Assembly: GCF_037042905.1 (NCBI RefSeq)
Contig: NC_087249.1
Span: 8,372,001-8,436,000, forward strand
Source: Lytechinus pictus
Taxonomy: Eukaryota
DNA length: 64,000 bases
Direction: 5' to 3'
The notes below the pieces were generated by a model that was not told where the DNA came from, did no database searches, and was given only the letters and a program-made list of their open reading frames with translations. Position numbers and translations under genes: made by a program. Shown here one piece after another: positions 40,797-53,122 of the stretch. Within the stretch, counting starts at the first letter, position 1. Every line of letters begins with the position of its first letter.

Positions 40797-41330
40797 CAGT
40801 CAAACCTGTGTTATCGGCCACATGATAGCAGTCACCTGCCTACAGTAACCACCAAATCTGATTCCCATGGAGGCAGATTGTGTGTATAAGAACCTGTCTA
40901 TAGCAGCCACCTGTCTATTGTGACCACTAAAACTGACTCCCATGAAGGATTGTGCGTGTAAGAACCTGTCTATAGCAGCCACCTGTCTATTGTGACCACC
41001 AAATCTGATTCCCATGGAGGCAGATTGTGTGTATAAGAACATGTCTATAGCAGCCACCTGTCTATTGTGACCACTAAAACTGAATCCCATGAAGGCAGAT
41101 TGTGTGTATAAGAACCTGTCTATAGCAGCCACCTGTCTATTGTGACCACCAAATCTGATTCCCATGGAGGCAGATTGTGCGTTTAAGAACCTGTCTATAG
41201 CAGCCACCTGTCTATTATGAACACTAAAACTGACTCCCATGGAGGCAGACTGTGTTTGTAAGAAGTTGTGTGTAGCAGCCACCTAATTTGTGTGCTTCCC
41301 ATGGGTGGCCACTATAGACAGGTTTCACTG
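40797..41330. mobile_element. pogo/mariner-like MITE with an internal 60-bp minisatellite
   Basis: Ends CAGTCAAACCTG / CAGGTTTCACTG|TA; about 7 units containing tatagcagccacctgtctattg. Confidence 0.8.
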
Positions 41331-41462
41331 TAAATATAAACTCTACTTTTTAATTCTATGCAAAGCTGCAAATGAGTATACACAGGTCCAACTGGCCAAG
41401 AGGCTCCCAATTATCATTTACGAATCACCAATCTTTAAAAAAAAGAGACATAGAAAACGGAC

Positions 41463-41593
41463 CTGTGGGCAGACGCCTTCTACGACATCGATGACTACTA
41501 GGGCTCCCTCGCACAGCCTGACAGCAGTAGAAACTTCACTGGAAAAATCCACATGCCCCGGGGAGTCGATCAGATTCACCAGATACTCCTCTT
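41463..41593 (-). CDS. EFL1: EFL1 coding exon 3
   Basis: [43 protein letters not shown] (G3 DxxG). Confidence 0.96.
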
Positions 41594-41901
41594 CTGTGGA
41601 TGAAATAAGAAAATTCAACACTGACCTCATTGATAATGGAATAACAACAACAGCAATATGGATTTCTAAGACACTATGGCCCGTATTCTGAAGTCGAGTT
41701 TGAATTAAACCCAGGTTTAAAGTTGTGGTTTAAGCATGGATAGCCAATTGTTACATAATTATAAATCACTAACAGTAGAGATATATATATACATATTTCA
41801 GCTCATTTGGCCCTAAAATCATTCATAATTGTCTAGGAAGTATAAATAGATGATTGTATTCACCATCGATGAATCAGGAAAGAGCACAGTAAACATAAGA
41901 A

Positions 41902-43032
41902 CAGGGTCGGAATTACACGGGGGCGACGGGCGAATTTGCCCCCATGACAGCCCAAATCGCCCCTAAAAATTCTCAAAACACAATGCTTTGGGGCGACTAT
42001 TTATTTCAGAATCGCCCCAATAAAATACCATCGACAATGTAAAAAATACTTCACATAATTACGTTCTCTGGCGGCGGAACAAGTGCATCTTTTATATCGC
42101 CCTTGCCAGCTTTAAGTTGAACGGTCGATGCAATATCCGAACCTTCCGTAACACCGGAAGCTTCGCGATAGTAAATAAACGCGCAATGCAATATGGGATG
42201 CGGAGTACGCATAGTCTTTAGCACGGGGTTTTTAGAATTGTTGACGCACTTGCCGCATGGCTTATGTACATGTACACGTGCACGATTAGACTGCACAGCT
42301 GGTAACGAGACCACGTACATCGTACGGTATATTATGTGTACTAGGCATGCACAGAAGTATGCAATCAGCTGGTGATTGTGACAGCGCTGATTATCGACAT
42401 CGTCGAGTCGGAGTGCGAGATGGATAAGTTTCTAATTCGAGTTCAACCTGGCTCTGCCAAACGGCCAGAGCCAGAAGCCTCTCCAAATCGAGATACTGTT
42501 GAGAAGGATAAGCCAAAAAAGAAACAGTACTGTACAGAGACAATCGACAATAAAGTCTTGGACTTGGGGCCTCGATTGGCTGGAATCTGAAGTGTGTGAA
42601 GCTGAAGACGACAGCGTACCTACGGGGGGGGGGGGGGGCAGGGGGCAGTCTGCCCCCCCTGACGAGTCACAACCCATGCACTTTTTTTGGGGGGGGTACA
42701 AAATCCTATATTTGTGGTTGAAGACTTTTTTTTTGCTTGTCACATTATTGGGCGGACGAATTTGCCCCCCTGTGAAAAATCCTAGGTACGCCACTGCTCT
42801 GGTGGGATCACTGTTGTTTATTGTAAGGCCTGTAGCCTACAGTAATTACAGATAAACATGTTCTGAGCCTCTAGGCATCACATTGAGTCTCGGAATGTCA
42901 AAAGGTAATTGCTGATATAATGCGATAAAAAAAGTAGCCCCATGAATTAGAAAATAGCCCCAAGATATTCAGTGGTAGCCCCAATGTAAAAAAAAAAGTA
43001 GCCCCTAAAAAAAAAAATTAATTCCTACCCTG
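41902..43032. mobile_element. hAT non-autonomous element carrying a smaller G/C-tract MITE (~42612-42796), itself inserted in a Harbinger-like MITE
   Basis: Ends CAGGGTCGGAATTA / TAATTCCTACCCTG; perfect 8-bp TSD CATAAGAA; peptide MDKFLIRVQPGSAKRP...KPKKKQY resembles a transposase N-terminus. Confidence 0.85.
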
Positions 43033-43212
43033 CATAAGAAACATACAACTTTGGACACTTTTGGCTTCCCATAATATGAGCAGAGAGTTAGACCATGGTC
43101 TAAGATAAACCATAATAAGCAAGCTATTAAAAATTACAACAATATTGGCCATGATGTACAATTAGGTGGTGAAAAGACCTATCATGGTTTTATGAATATG
43201 GGCCCTTGACTC

Positions 43213-43405
43213 TATAGTCTGTAGACCCTTGGTTTTTGCAATTTCCCAAAGTGCATAATGCAGAGTCTGAAGTGGCGAGACTAGATTCACTATGTACGGT
43301 GGCTGGCTCTGACACAGAGAGAGAGAGAGAGACTTCGGAGTCTAGTCTTCACTCTAGACATGGTTTTAGTTAAACTGTCAAATATGAGTCTGTGCCTGCA
43401 GACTA
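43213..43405. mobile_element. Small TAGTCTG...CAGACTA element with 9-bp TSD
   Basis: CCTTGACTC at 43204-43212 and 43406-43414; an extra TA precedes the left end. Confidence 0.65.
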
Positions 43406-43950
43406 CCTTGACTCACTGACAGAGGCACATATGTGAGGAAAACAAATAGGCAAAACTAAAAGCAAAGTAATGTAATTTTCAAATATATGTAACAAGCAAT
43501 CTTATTAACTAATACGCAGTAGTATGCATCCTCTTCACATGATTTGATCAATGCAGTGATACCTCTGCCACACACAACTTGGGATTTTAATGCGAATTTA
43601 AGCCACACTTTACAATTTTTAAAACACCCAAATGATCGAATGGCAAGAGCAAGAAGTGCTATTTATTGCCTGCCATTATGTAGTTACACTCAATCTTAAT
43701 ATTTTGTGAAACAGCCCTCCTGGATATAATGTTTGCAAGCATGGAACAAACCTGCAGGCAAAAGAATAACTTCATTTTCTGGGCCTTCTTTTCACAATCT
43801 ACTGGCTAAACCTGCTACAACATTGGATAAGCTTTAACATTTCAGAGAATGTGGACTTTCCAGTGTTTTTTTTTTTCATTTTCCAGGGCTCTTTCAGCAT
43901 TTTGGGGGGCGAAATCACCTCTAGCCCCGATGTAACTTTTTCCATCGTAC

Positions 43951-44109
43951 CTGGAGTATTGCTATAGAGAAGGGAGATGGCGCTGGATTTCATGGTGATG
44001 CCTCGTAGCTGTTCATCTTCGCGGCTGTCCATGTACCTCAGCTTGCCGGCCATACGGGTGGATATGATCCCATTACTGGAGATGAGAGCATCTGCCAAGG
44101 TAGTTTTAC
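43951..44109 (-). CDS. EFL1: EFL1 coding exon 2
   Basis: [47 protein letters not shown] (G1/G2). Confidence 0.96.
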
Positions 44110-44479
44110 CTGAACAGAAAAAAAAAATCGAATAGAGTATTCAAGCTTGATAATATTCTGTTTAAAGGTAAAAGAATGTTGTTGCAGCAAGCAATTTTTT
44201 TCATGAGAAAGTCTTTAAAATCAAGGTTGATTGTCACAGTATTATCATAGATCTAGATCTGGTATTTTAACGTAATCTTTACTTTGTGATATCATGAAAT
44301 CTTAGCTGTTATTATACTAGTTATCACAACATTTCAAAACTTAACCTTGGACAAGATTTCAATGTTGACAATGTCGTCGGTAAAGCAGCACCTATAGTCT
44401 TACTCTGCAATGCAGAGCTGGGCATGTCAATGATACTGCATTTCTTTGAACATACAGCTTTAATATTCATGCGGCTTAC

Positions 44480-44570
44480 CATGATCAACATGTGCTAAGA
44501 TACAAATGTTTCTGATCTTGTCAACATCACTCTGCAATTGGGCAAGTTTCTGAATGGAGACAGATCTCAT
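44480..44570 (-). CDS. EFL1: EFL1 coding exon 1 (exon begins at 44589, after an acceptor)
   Basis: MRSVSIQKLAQLQSDVDKIRNICILAHVDH(G)|gtaag; upstream ttttttccttctacag acceptor. Confidence 0.95.
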
Positions 44571-45758
44571 GATTCTTTGTCGCTATTAGCTGTAGAAGGA
44601 AAAAAAAAAGAAATGTTTGAGGTTAACATGAAGTCCATCCCAACAAGAAATTAATTTGAATTAGAGAACATTAAACAAGCAGTGTACAGAAAATTGATTA
44701 TAAATGAAACATGAAAGTTATGACATTTTGAATCAACACTCGATATCACAAATCTGCTTCACACAGCATTTGGTCAGGCTTGGTGGCAACATACCAGTTA
44801 GGCCCTTACCCCCAAGTAAAAAAAAATAGAGTTTATTTGACATAACCAAAATGACCTGCATAAACCTTGCAGATTTAATTTTCATAATGATTTGAATAAA
44901 AGACAATTTGCTGACAAACCCAAGTTGGTAAATGGCACAACAATAGAACATCATCTCATGAGTAAAGGTGGCTTACGTCTAACTCACCATTGATCACCAC
45001 TTTACTTGCTTATCATACAGAGTCTAGTTGGAAGATGATGTCATCAAGATGGTCACTTATGACTACCGTCAGTTTTTAGTGAAGTGGGAATGATCACCAA
45101 CTTTCCTGAATAACGTAGGAGCGCGGAAGGAAAACCCGGCCTGAACACGGACTGCAAGGTTTAGCAAAAAATAAATTTCTGAGTCATGGACCCACCCGGA
45201 ACTCAGACAACACTGCCACTGCAGCTTTTGCACCTGGCAATTTTTGTCTGAATTTTTTCCCAAGTATTGATCCTTAACCTGATTTTCAACCACATCGAGC
45301 ATCAGGAACACCTTTATTTTGGCTTCAACCTTGATGCCATCGTTCAAATTCTCAGATGCCTACACTCATCTCCGCTGAATACTACACGGCTAGTTTTGAT
45401 ATGGGCTGAAGTTAAAAGTCCTGCCCACCCGTTTGCATAATTTTGGTTGCGTACTTCAGTCCATATTGGAATTTACAGCAAAAGCAGAAGCCACGAAACC
45501 TGACCATGCTGACTGAGAATTTAAATGTTTCCAATTCAATTCAGTAGGATACAAGGAATGAATCTGAGTATGAGAGTCTTTAATACTTTAGCATGATTTA
45601 GTGAACTGGTTTATTACCGGTGCACAAGTGCCCTATTGAGGTGGGTCAGGGGGGGGGGGAAATTATTGTCATCAAAGCTGTGTTAAAAACAATGTAAAAT
45701 TTGGGAAAGAGCAATTGCAATGATAGTCTGTTAGCATGGTTAGACCTAACCCAATCAT

Positions 45759-46284
45759 CTAACATGGGTACCTTCGAGGTTGGGGTAGCAAAAACACCCA
45801 AAAATTAAAGAAAAAAATGAAGTCATGCACCCACCTCAATTCTATGGATGAAGGCCTAACCGACAGCAGAATCCTGACATCGAGGCAGTAGCCAGTCCCT
45901 CAAAAAAGAGGGGCAAAGGCCGCGTTCGTTCACTCGCTTTCAAAATTGCAAACAAAACTGGCCAATTGATTTACCGATGGCGTATGTGCAAAGAAAACAG
46001 ATTTTGAAGAAAAATAAATAGACTCAGCCAAATTCGCACATGCGCCCTTGGTATATCGATCGGCCACTTTTTTTTGCAATTTTTAAAGCGAGTGAACGAA
46101 CGCGGCCTTTTCCCCCTTTTTTTAGGGTCTGGTGCTGGCTACTGCCTCCATGTCAGGTCTCAGTATTCTGCTGTCAGTTAGACCGTCATCCATAGAATTG
46201 AGGTGGGTGCATGATTTCTCTTTTTTTCTTTAATTTTGGGTGTTTCTGGTACCCCAACCTCGAAGGTACCAGTACCCATTTTAG
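45759..46284. mobile_element. Palindromic MITE, ~525 bp
   Basis: ggtaccttcgaggttggggta... / ...taccccaacctcgaaggtacc inverted arms of ~200 bp; no clear TSD. Confidence 0.8.
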
Positions 46285-46734
46285 AATGCTACCTGTGGCA
46301 GCCTACTGTTTGACATGGTTACCTTCTGGGCTCCAGCCTGCGAAGGCGCGGGCCTCTGGCTTAGCTTAGCTCTCTCTGGGTTAATTAGATTAACATTACT
46401 TAGGCCCACTTGCTCACTGCAACCTTCCTGCATGTGGGGAATCTACAGGTAGATGTAGGACTATGGTATGCCAATGCATTACACAGCACACATTTTAAAA
46501 CATCATTTAAATATCACTTTTGGGAACAAAAACACTAATATTGATACAGTTGCAATTTATTTTTCATTGGTAACTTGGGAATAATTTTTTTATTCACCAA
46601 AGTGCTCAAAAACTTGAATTTTTTGCATATTTTTGTGTATGCCTCTATTGGTGGAAAGTAATATGGCAAGAAAATTGTCTTTTTCAATCTATATTTTTAA
46701 TTTAGAGAAAATTAAAAGAATCAAATTTACTTAA

Positions 46735-47339
46735 AGGTCAAGTCCACCCCGGAAAAATGTTGATTTGAATAAATAGAAAAAAAAACTAGCATAACGCTGA
46801 AAATTTCATCAAAATCGGATGTAAAATTAGAAAGTTATGGTATTTTAAAATTTCGTTTATTTTTCACAAAACAGTGATATGCACAGCTTAGTGGCATGCA
46901 AATGTGAGAGTTGGTGGTGTCCCTCACTCACTATTTCCTTTGTTTCTTATTGTTTGAATTATACAATATTTCATTTTTCACAGATTTGACAATAAGGACC
47001 AACTTGACTGAACCATGTAGTATTAAATAATGCTAATTCCACATGTTCCTAAGGGAGGAATTAATTGTTGTTTCACTTGACACTGAGGAGAAAATCAGAA
47101 TATTTCATATTTTGATATAATAAAATACAAAAGAAATAGTGAGTGGATGATGTCATCAGTCTCCTCATTTTGCATACCGACCAGGATGTGCATACAACTG
47201 TTTTGTGAAATTAAGCGAAACTTTAAAATGTCATAACTTTCTTATTTTACATTCGAGTTTGATGAAATTTACAGTGTTATGCTTGTTGGATTTTTCTCTG
47301 TTTATTCAAATCAACTTTTTGTTGGGGTGAACTTGTCCT
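46735..47339. mobile_element. TTAA-targeting MITE (Kolobok-like)
   Basis: TTAA|AGGTCAAGTCCACCCC ... GGGGTGAACTTGTCCT|TTAA. Confidence 0.85.
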
Positions 47340-47752
47340 TTAAGAAACATTGCCAACCTTATTTTGCCTCACATGGACTGATGGAGGAGTAACAGAGAAC
47401 AAGGTTATATCATAACCAGACTTATGACGGTGTTGAGAAACGAGCCCCAAAGTTCTAACTCGATCTGTACAGGGACTCATTGGCCATATGTTTAAGTATT
47501 AAGTTCAGATAAACCAGGGAAGTGGAAGTTGCACGACAGCCGAAGTAAGTCACTGTTTTTTTTCCCGTTAAGTTAATTTTTTTCCTGTTTTGGTGCATTT
47601 CAGGCCAAAACGGAATAATAATTATTATTTGGTCCAGCTCTTTTTATAAATTTTTATGAAATAATGACAAAAATCGATAAGCCCCGTCAGCGTATTTTGC
47701 ATTGTTAACCCCTTAATGGCGGCTGCACGATCACGAGCTGTCTGTGTACGAG

Positions 47753-48190
47753 TAGACCAAAAGCTTCGGTCTGTTATATTGCTGTTACGCTGAACTCCGT
47801 TAGCTCCACTCACCAATTACAGAGACCGTAGTTCTAACTCGATGTGTACAGGGACTCAATGGCCATATTGTTATGTGTAAAATGGGATAAACCAGGGAGT
47901 GGGAGTTGCGCAACAGCCGAAGTAAGTCACTTTTTTTCTTTCTTTTAAGTTTATTTTTCCCCGTTTTGGTGCATTTCAGGCCAAAACAGAATAATAACCT
48001 TCATTTTAGTCCATTTCTTTTTTGTATTTTTATGAAATAAAGACAAAAATCGATGAGCCCCGTCGGGGGAATTTTGAATTGTTAACCCCCTAATGGCGGC
48101 TGCACGATAGCGAGCCGTCTGTGTATGAGAAACAAAAAAATTTTAAAATGTTAAAAAAACTCCTCGAAACAGACGGCTGCCAGCTGTCTA
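47753..48190 (-). mobile_element. TAGAC...GTCTA element, family A, nested in an older family-A copy (~47450-48220)
   Basis: Flanks GTGTACGAG / GTGTACGAC; both flanks are family-A internal sequence. Confidence 0.88.
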
Positions 48191-48985
48191 GTGTACGACT
48201 ACGAGAAATACAAAATGTTGATACTAGGGTGTCTGAAGCCACACTGAAAAGTGTCAGCATAAAACAGGCTGATTTAGGGGAAAATATGGCACATTTTTTC
48301 GGGAAATTCAGGCTGCTAGAAAAATGTGATCTGAATTGATTATTAACTTGTGTTTGGCATGTATGGAAAGAGAAAATTCAGGGGCTTCTTTTGACAGTAA
48401 GGACAAGTTTATATGATCATTTTAAATAAGGATTTAGAGATAAATTGCAAACCCTTATTTGTGTGTGTGTTGAGATTGCCATTTCCCCATGCGTTTTCTA
48501 TGGGAAAATGAAATGTCTGTTTTGCACAATTTTTTTTCACTTTGTCGCAATTTTTCATTGTGATCTGGTTTCCAAATCTTTATAAAAATCATACCATCAG
48601 AAAGAGCATAAAAAATCCTATTGGACTCTTTATGGACAAGTTTTTAGCATTAATGATAAATTTATAACAGCTCTCGGAAGCTAAAAATTTGGAATTGTGT
48701 GTGTCCATTTCTTAACTACACAGTCTATGGGAGTATGGCAGAGAAATGCTGAAAATTGACCTAATTTAATTCTTCTATTTTGCAGCCAATAATTTGATTT
48801 TTTTTCCAAAAATGTTACATTTCTGTCAGTCTGAAGGTCATTTCTCTTCAAATTCACAAAGAAAATGTGATATTTTCTTGAAATAAGAAAAATATTTTTA
48901 ATTAATAGTAGCCTAATACTCGAAAAAGAAGGCAGTATCTTTCAATTCAAAGAGCAAGAAAAATAATAAAAATATTGGCTATTAT

Positions 48986-49876
48986 TAGTCTTGAGGACTC
49001 CATGATGATGTCTTTTAAAACAAATTTGACATATACTTCTCCATCATGGAGTCTTGAATCCCTTCCCATACATGCATAAGAGAATCTTGTAAACACAGAT
49101 GGATTTCCCCAGGAAATCCATCTTTTTTATTAAAAATCACGAAAATTAGCAGGATTTTATTATTCTCTACACCTTCCTACGCCTAATGCATAAGAAGGTT
49201 TAAAAAAATATTGAATAAAAATACGTAAAAATAAAGGTTTCTTACCAGACCGATGTCGTGTAGATCCTTCGCTCCACATGTACACAGCGCAAATACAATG
49301 GCGACGACCCTTGAACCGCTTATGTATGACGTACATGTACGTAGGTAAACACAGAGAGAAATAGTGCACATGCGTAGCTTATTGTGCTAGTACAAGATTC
49401 CCGGCCGACGTCGTGCAGAGGTCAAACATTCTTATGATAATGACGAGTTTAGCGCTCCTAATCTTGTACGTGCACAATAAGCTATGCATGCGCACTATTT
49501 CTCTCTGTGTTTACCTACGTACATGTACGTCATACATAAGCGGTTCAAGGGTCGTCGCCATTGTATTTGCGCTGTGTACATGTGGAGCGAAGGATCTACA
49601 CGACATCGGTCTGGTAAGAAACCTTTATTTTTACGTATTTTTATTCAATATTTTTTTAAACCTTCTTATGCATTAGGCGTAGGAAGGTGTAGAGAATAAT
49701 AAAATCCTGCTAATTTTCGTGATTTTTAATAAAAAAGATGGATTTCCTGGGGAAATCCATCTGTGTTTACAAGATTCTCTTATGCATGTATGGGAAGGGA
49801 TTCAAGACTCCATGATGGAGAAGTATATCATGTCAAATTTGTTTTAAAAGACATCATCATGGAGTCCTCAAGACTA
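48986..49876. mobile_element. Long-TIR TAG...CTA element with 9-bp TSD (Academ-like)
   Basis: TAGTCTTGAGGACTCC / GGAGTCCTCAAGACTA; ~410-bp near-perfect TIRs; flanks GGCTATTAT / GGTTATTAT. Confidence 0.9.
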
Positions 49877-50965
49877 GGTTATTATCATGATGTAAATATG
49901 ATTTTTGAACAAAAGCCAAGCAACAACAACATCCATTCAATTTTAGCTCTGACGGCTCCTCAGCTCAGCTCAGCTTCGTCATGGGAAGCTAGGGCCTAGG
50001 GCTAGGCGGTAGATAGACAGGAATAACCGTCGTTTCTGGGGATTTATTCAACAATTTCTGACATTTTACTGTAATCCCCATTTACCGACGGTAGGGTGTA
50101 CGTGTGGGCTCGCATGTGTTCTCATTCCCTAGACAGGAATAACCGTCGTTTCTGGGGATTTATTCAACAATTTCTGACATTTTACTATAATCCCCATTAA
50201 CCGACGGTAGGGTATACGTGTGGGCTCGCATTTGTTCTCATTCCCACCCTTTTGTCAATTCACAGTCCAAAGTTTGATGTAATTTTACACATCGAATTTA
50301 CAATCTAAGGATGTATAACCAACAAACTTTTAAAACTGGATATTTTGTTAACAAAATACTTTAAACGATATAGATGAAAAGGCATGAAAAATTATACTTT
50401 ACCGATGTTTAATTGGGTTGAACACGATAAAAAAGGTCAATATGGCAGCCAAACTATGAAATATTTACAAACGAACGGAGAGGGCGTCAACAATCACGAA
50501 TGTGATATCGATATTGCTTTCGATATTATACGATCTGCTCCTTATTTGAATTCATGAAAAGGATACGTACACTCTACCTCGGTAATCATATAACGCGAGC
50601 GCGTAGCGCTTGCTGGTTTTTAAAGATAAAATTATCATCACTATTATTTACTATTATTATATAATTATCATTATCGCTAAAATCATTGTGGTTTTTAAAT
50701 ATTATCGTTGTAAGTATTAATATTTGTAGTAGTAATATTTCATTATCATCGTTATTATGATTATTATTATTTCATTATTATCATCATCATCATCATTGTC
50801 ATTATTTTCATTATATATATTATCACTATGGTTAAGAGATAAAAGAATAATATTTTTCAGATAAATGTTATAGTAAACTGGTCGGGTTGATAAAATTTCT
50901 TGTTTGAAATTGAATTCCCAATTGGTCATGACCAGTTCCAGTCATTCTCTGATGATGTCGAGTAC

Positions 50966-51665
50966 CAGTGGCGTACCGTGGGTCACGGCATGGGGGGGGG
51001 GGGCACCAGCAAAAATTTTGAGTCATTTACTGGGCTGGCGAAGCGCGCTCAATTGCCAGGTACTGACGTAATAGAAGCATTTTAAGGACTGTTTCATTAA
51101 ACAGATATGTATCTCACTGATTAAATAATGCGAGCGCGAAGCGCGAGCTGAGATTTTTGAAATTCAGACCTGAAGAGGGGCATTCTTAGGCTTGTTTGTA
51201 AAAATTCACTAAGGCCATACGTATTTCACTTACTAAATTATGCGAGCGCGAAGCGCGAGCTGAAAATTTCTGATAGAGTTTTCAGACCAGTAAAGGGAAA
51301 ATTTTAAGGACTGTTTTCAGGAATTCATGAAGAGCAGACATATCTCACCAGTCCATTGATGCGAACGTAAGCACTAACTGGGAATATTCTATATTCAGAC
51401 TTTAAAAAAGGGGCAGTTTCTTTTAAGTAGTCATGAGTGAGAAGCATGTCACTACATAAAACAATAACTCGAAGTGCAAGGAAATACATGTATATGGTGT
51501 ATATTGACTTGAAAACGGAATTTTTTAGTACAACATGATTATATATTTCATCAAACAGAAATTACGAGCACCAGGAATGATGAACACAATGTCATAGGCC
51601 CTTAGCAAAATATGTTTCATAATTAGAGTTATGAAAAAAATATTTATGTAATATAATATATTATA

Positions 51666-51706
<41 letters not shown>

Positions 51707-51865
51707 CTTAATATAATAGAATATGCACTAGTTTCTTCTTCCTCTACTACGCCTCTCCTTTTTTTCTCCTTCTTTTTCTACTTTTCCCCCTTCTTTTTTT
51801 TGGCCAGCCGATGGGGGGGGGGGGGGGGCACGTGCCCCCCATGCCCCCCCGTAGTTACGCCACTG
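50966..51865. mobile_element. hAT-like MITE, same family as 3969-4904
   Basis: Same TIRs and internal sequence; degenerate TSD TCGAGTAC / TTGAGCAC. Confidence 0.88.
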
Positions 51866-53122
51866 TTGAGCACGTGTTTTACCTCACTTTCATACACTTT
51901 CTTTCCCTTCGTTTTTTTCAATCCGCGGCAGCTTTGTCGTGTTATTGACTTTTTTCTTGTTCCTTTTCTTCATATTCTGATTTTCAAATTCAACCTTTGT
52001 CTCTATATACCTTCATTTCGTATCTCTTTTTGTCGATTTCTCTCATTGTCCACCATTCTTGTCCATGCCACTGAGTCTCCTGCTAAAGACATGTTAAGGC
52101 CTATACTTTCTCGCATGTTCTAATTCTTTCTTTCTTTATTGTTGTCATTTTCCTTTGCTTTTTCACCTTTCCCATTCCTCCCACCCCGGCCTCTTTCCTC
52201 GTTTTCTTTTCTTCATTTTACCTTTTTCTCTTTTCGCCCTTTTCTCGGTGAAATCCGCCAGGGCCGGGGCAGCTCCCCCCCCCCCCCCCCCCCCCCGGCG
52301 CCTGTTACGCCAGGAAGACCAAATGAACAGCCGATAAGACCAATAGGGACTACCAGTAAGACCAATTGAGTTCACTCAGTTGGATACCAACCACTAAGCC
52401 AAAACATCAGTAACAGACTCCAGTATAATTAAGACCAGTTTAAAATCCCAGTTACTATAGGCCTATTCAATACCAATGACTGGAGCAGTATTATTTGTAA
52501 CTAGAACAGTATTACCAGACCGATAAACCAATACTCCAATTTCCAGAGTTACTGGTCCAACTGGTCAAGTTGATTTTTTTTTCTTGTGGTTAATTTGATT
52601 TTCTATTTTTATCATTTGACAGATTATTGTCTTATCTCTTCATTTTGGGCTCGGTAAAATGTAGTTTAATGTGTCTATGGACAATCAAGTCTCGAAATGT
52701 GTGATTTAAAGAGAAACTTACCCGCCGTTTTTCTGGCTGTGTTTGTGTCGTCACATCTTTTTTTTGAAGGGGTGTCTGTGCTTGTGGGCTTGTCAGTCGT
52801 CTTCGTTTCTTTCGAAGAAATGGCGAAGCATAGCTGGTCACCTTCACCTTCCTCCCCAAGTAAACATTGATTCTACTAATTTTCTTTAATTTTGATTTAT
52901 TATTTTTGATCGGGTGTCACTTTAATTCCTAATGATTCGACAGCGTCAGCAGTGGTGTAATCACGGTGATCCATTTTTGCATTCAAAGTTCTTCTTTTAT
53001 TAGGATGATTAGTCAAATTACGGTCACAATTACAACACCAGTAGTCAGACATAATTACTAAAATGAATTAATGAATCAAATAAAATTACCACCAGCAATC
53101 AGCACACCTACATGGCAATATA

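Noticed and set aside
49160..49699. Identical ORFs on opposite strands (also 20468/21440 and 8971/13055)
   Set aside because: Artefacts of long terminal inverted repeats.
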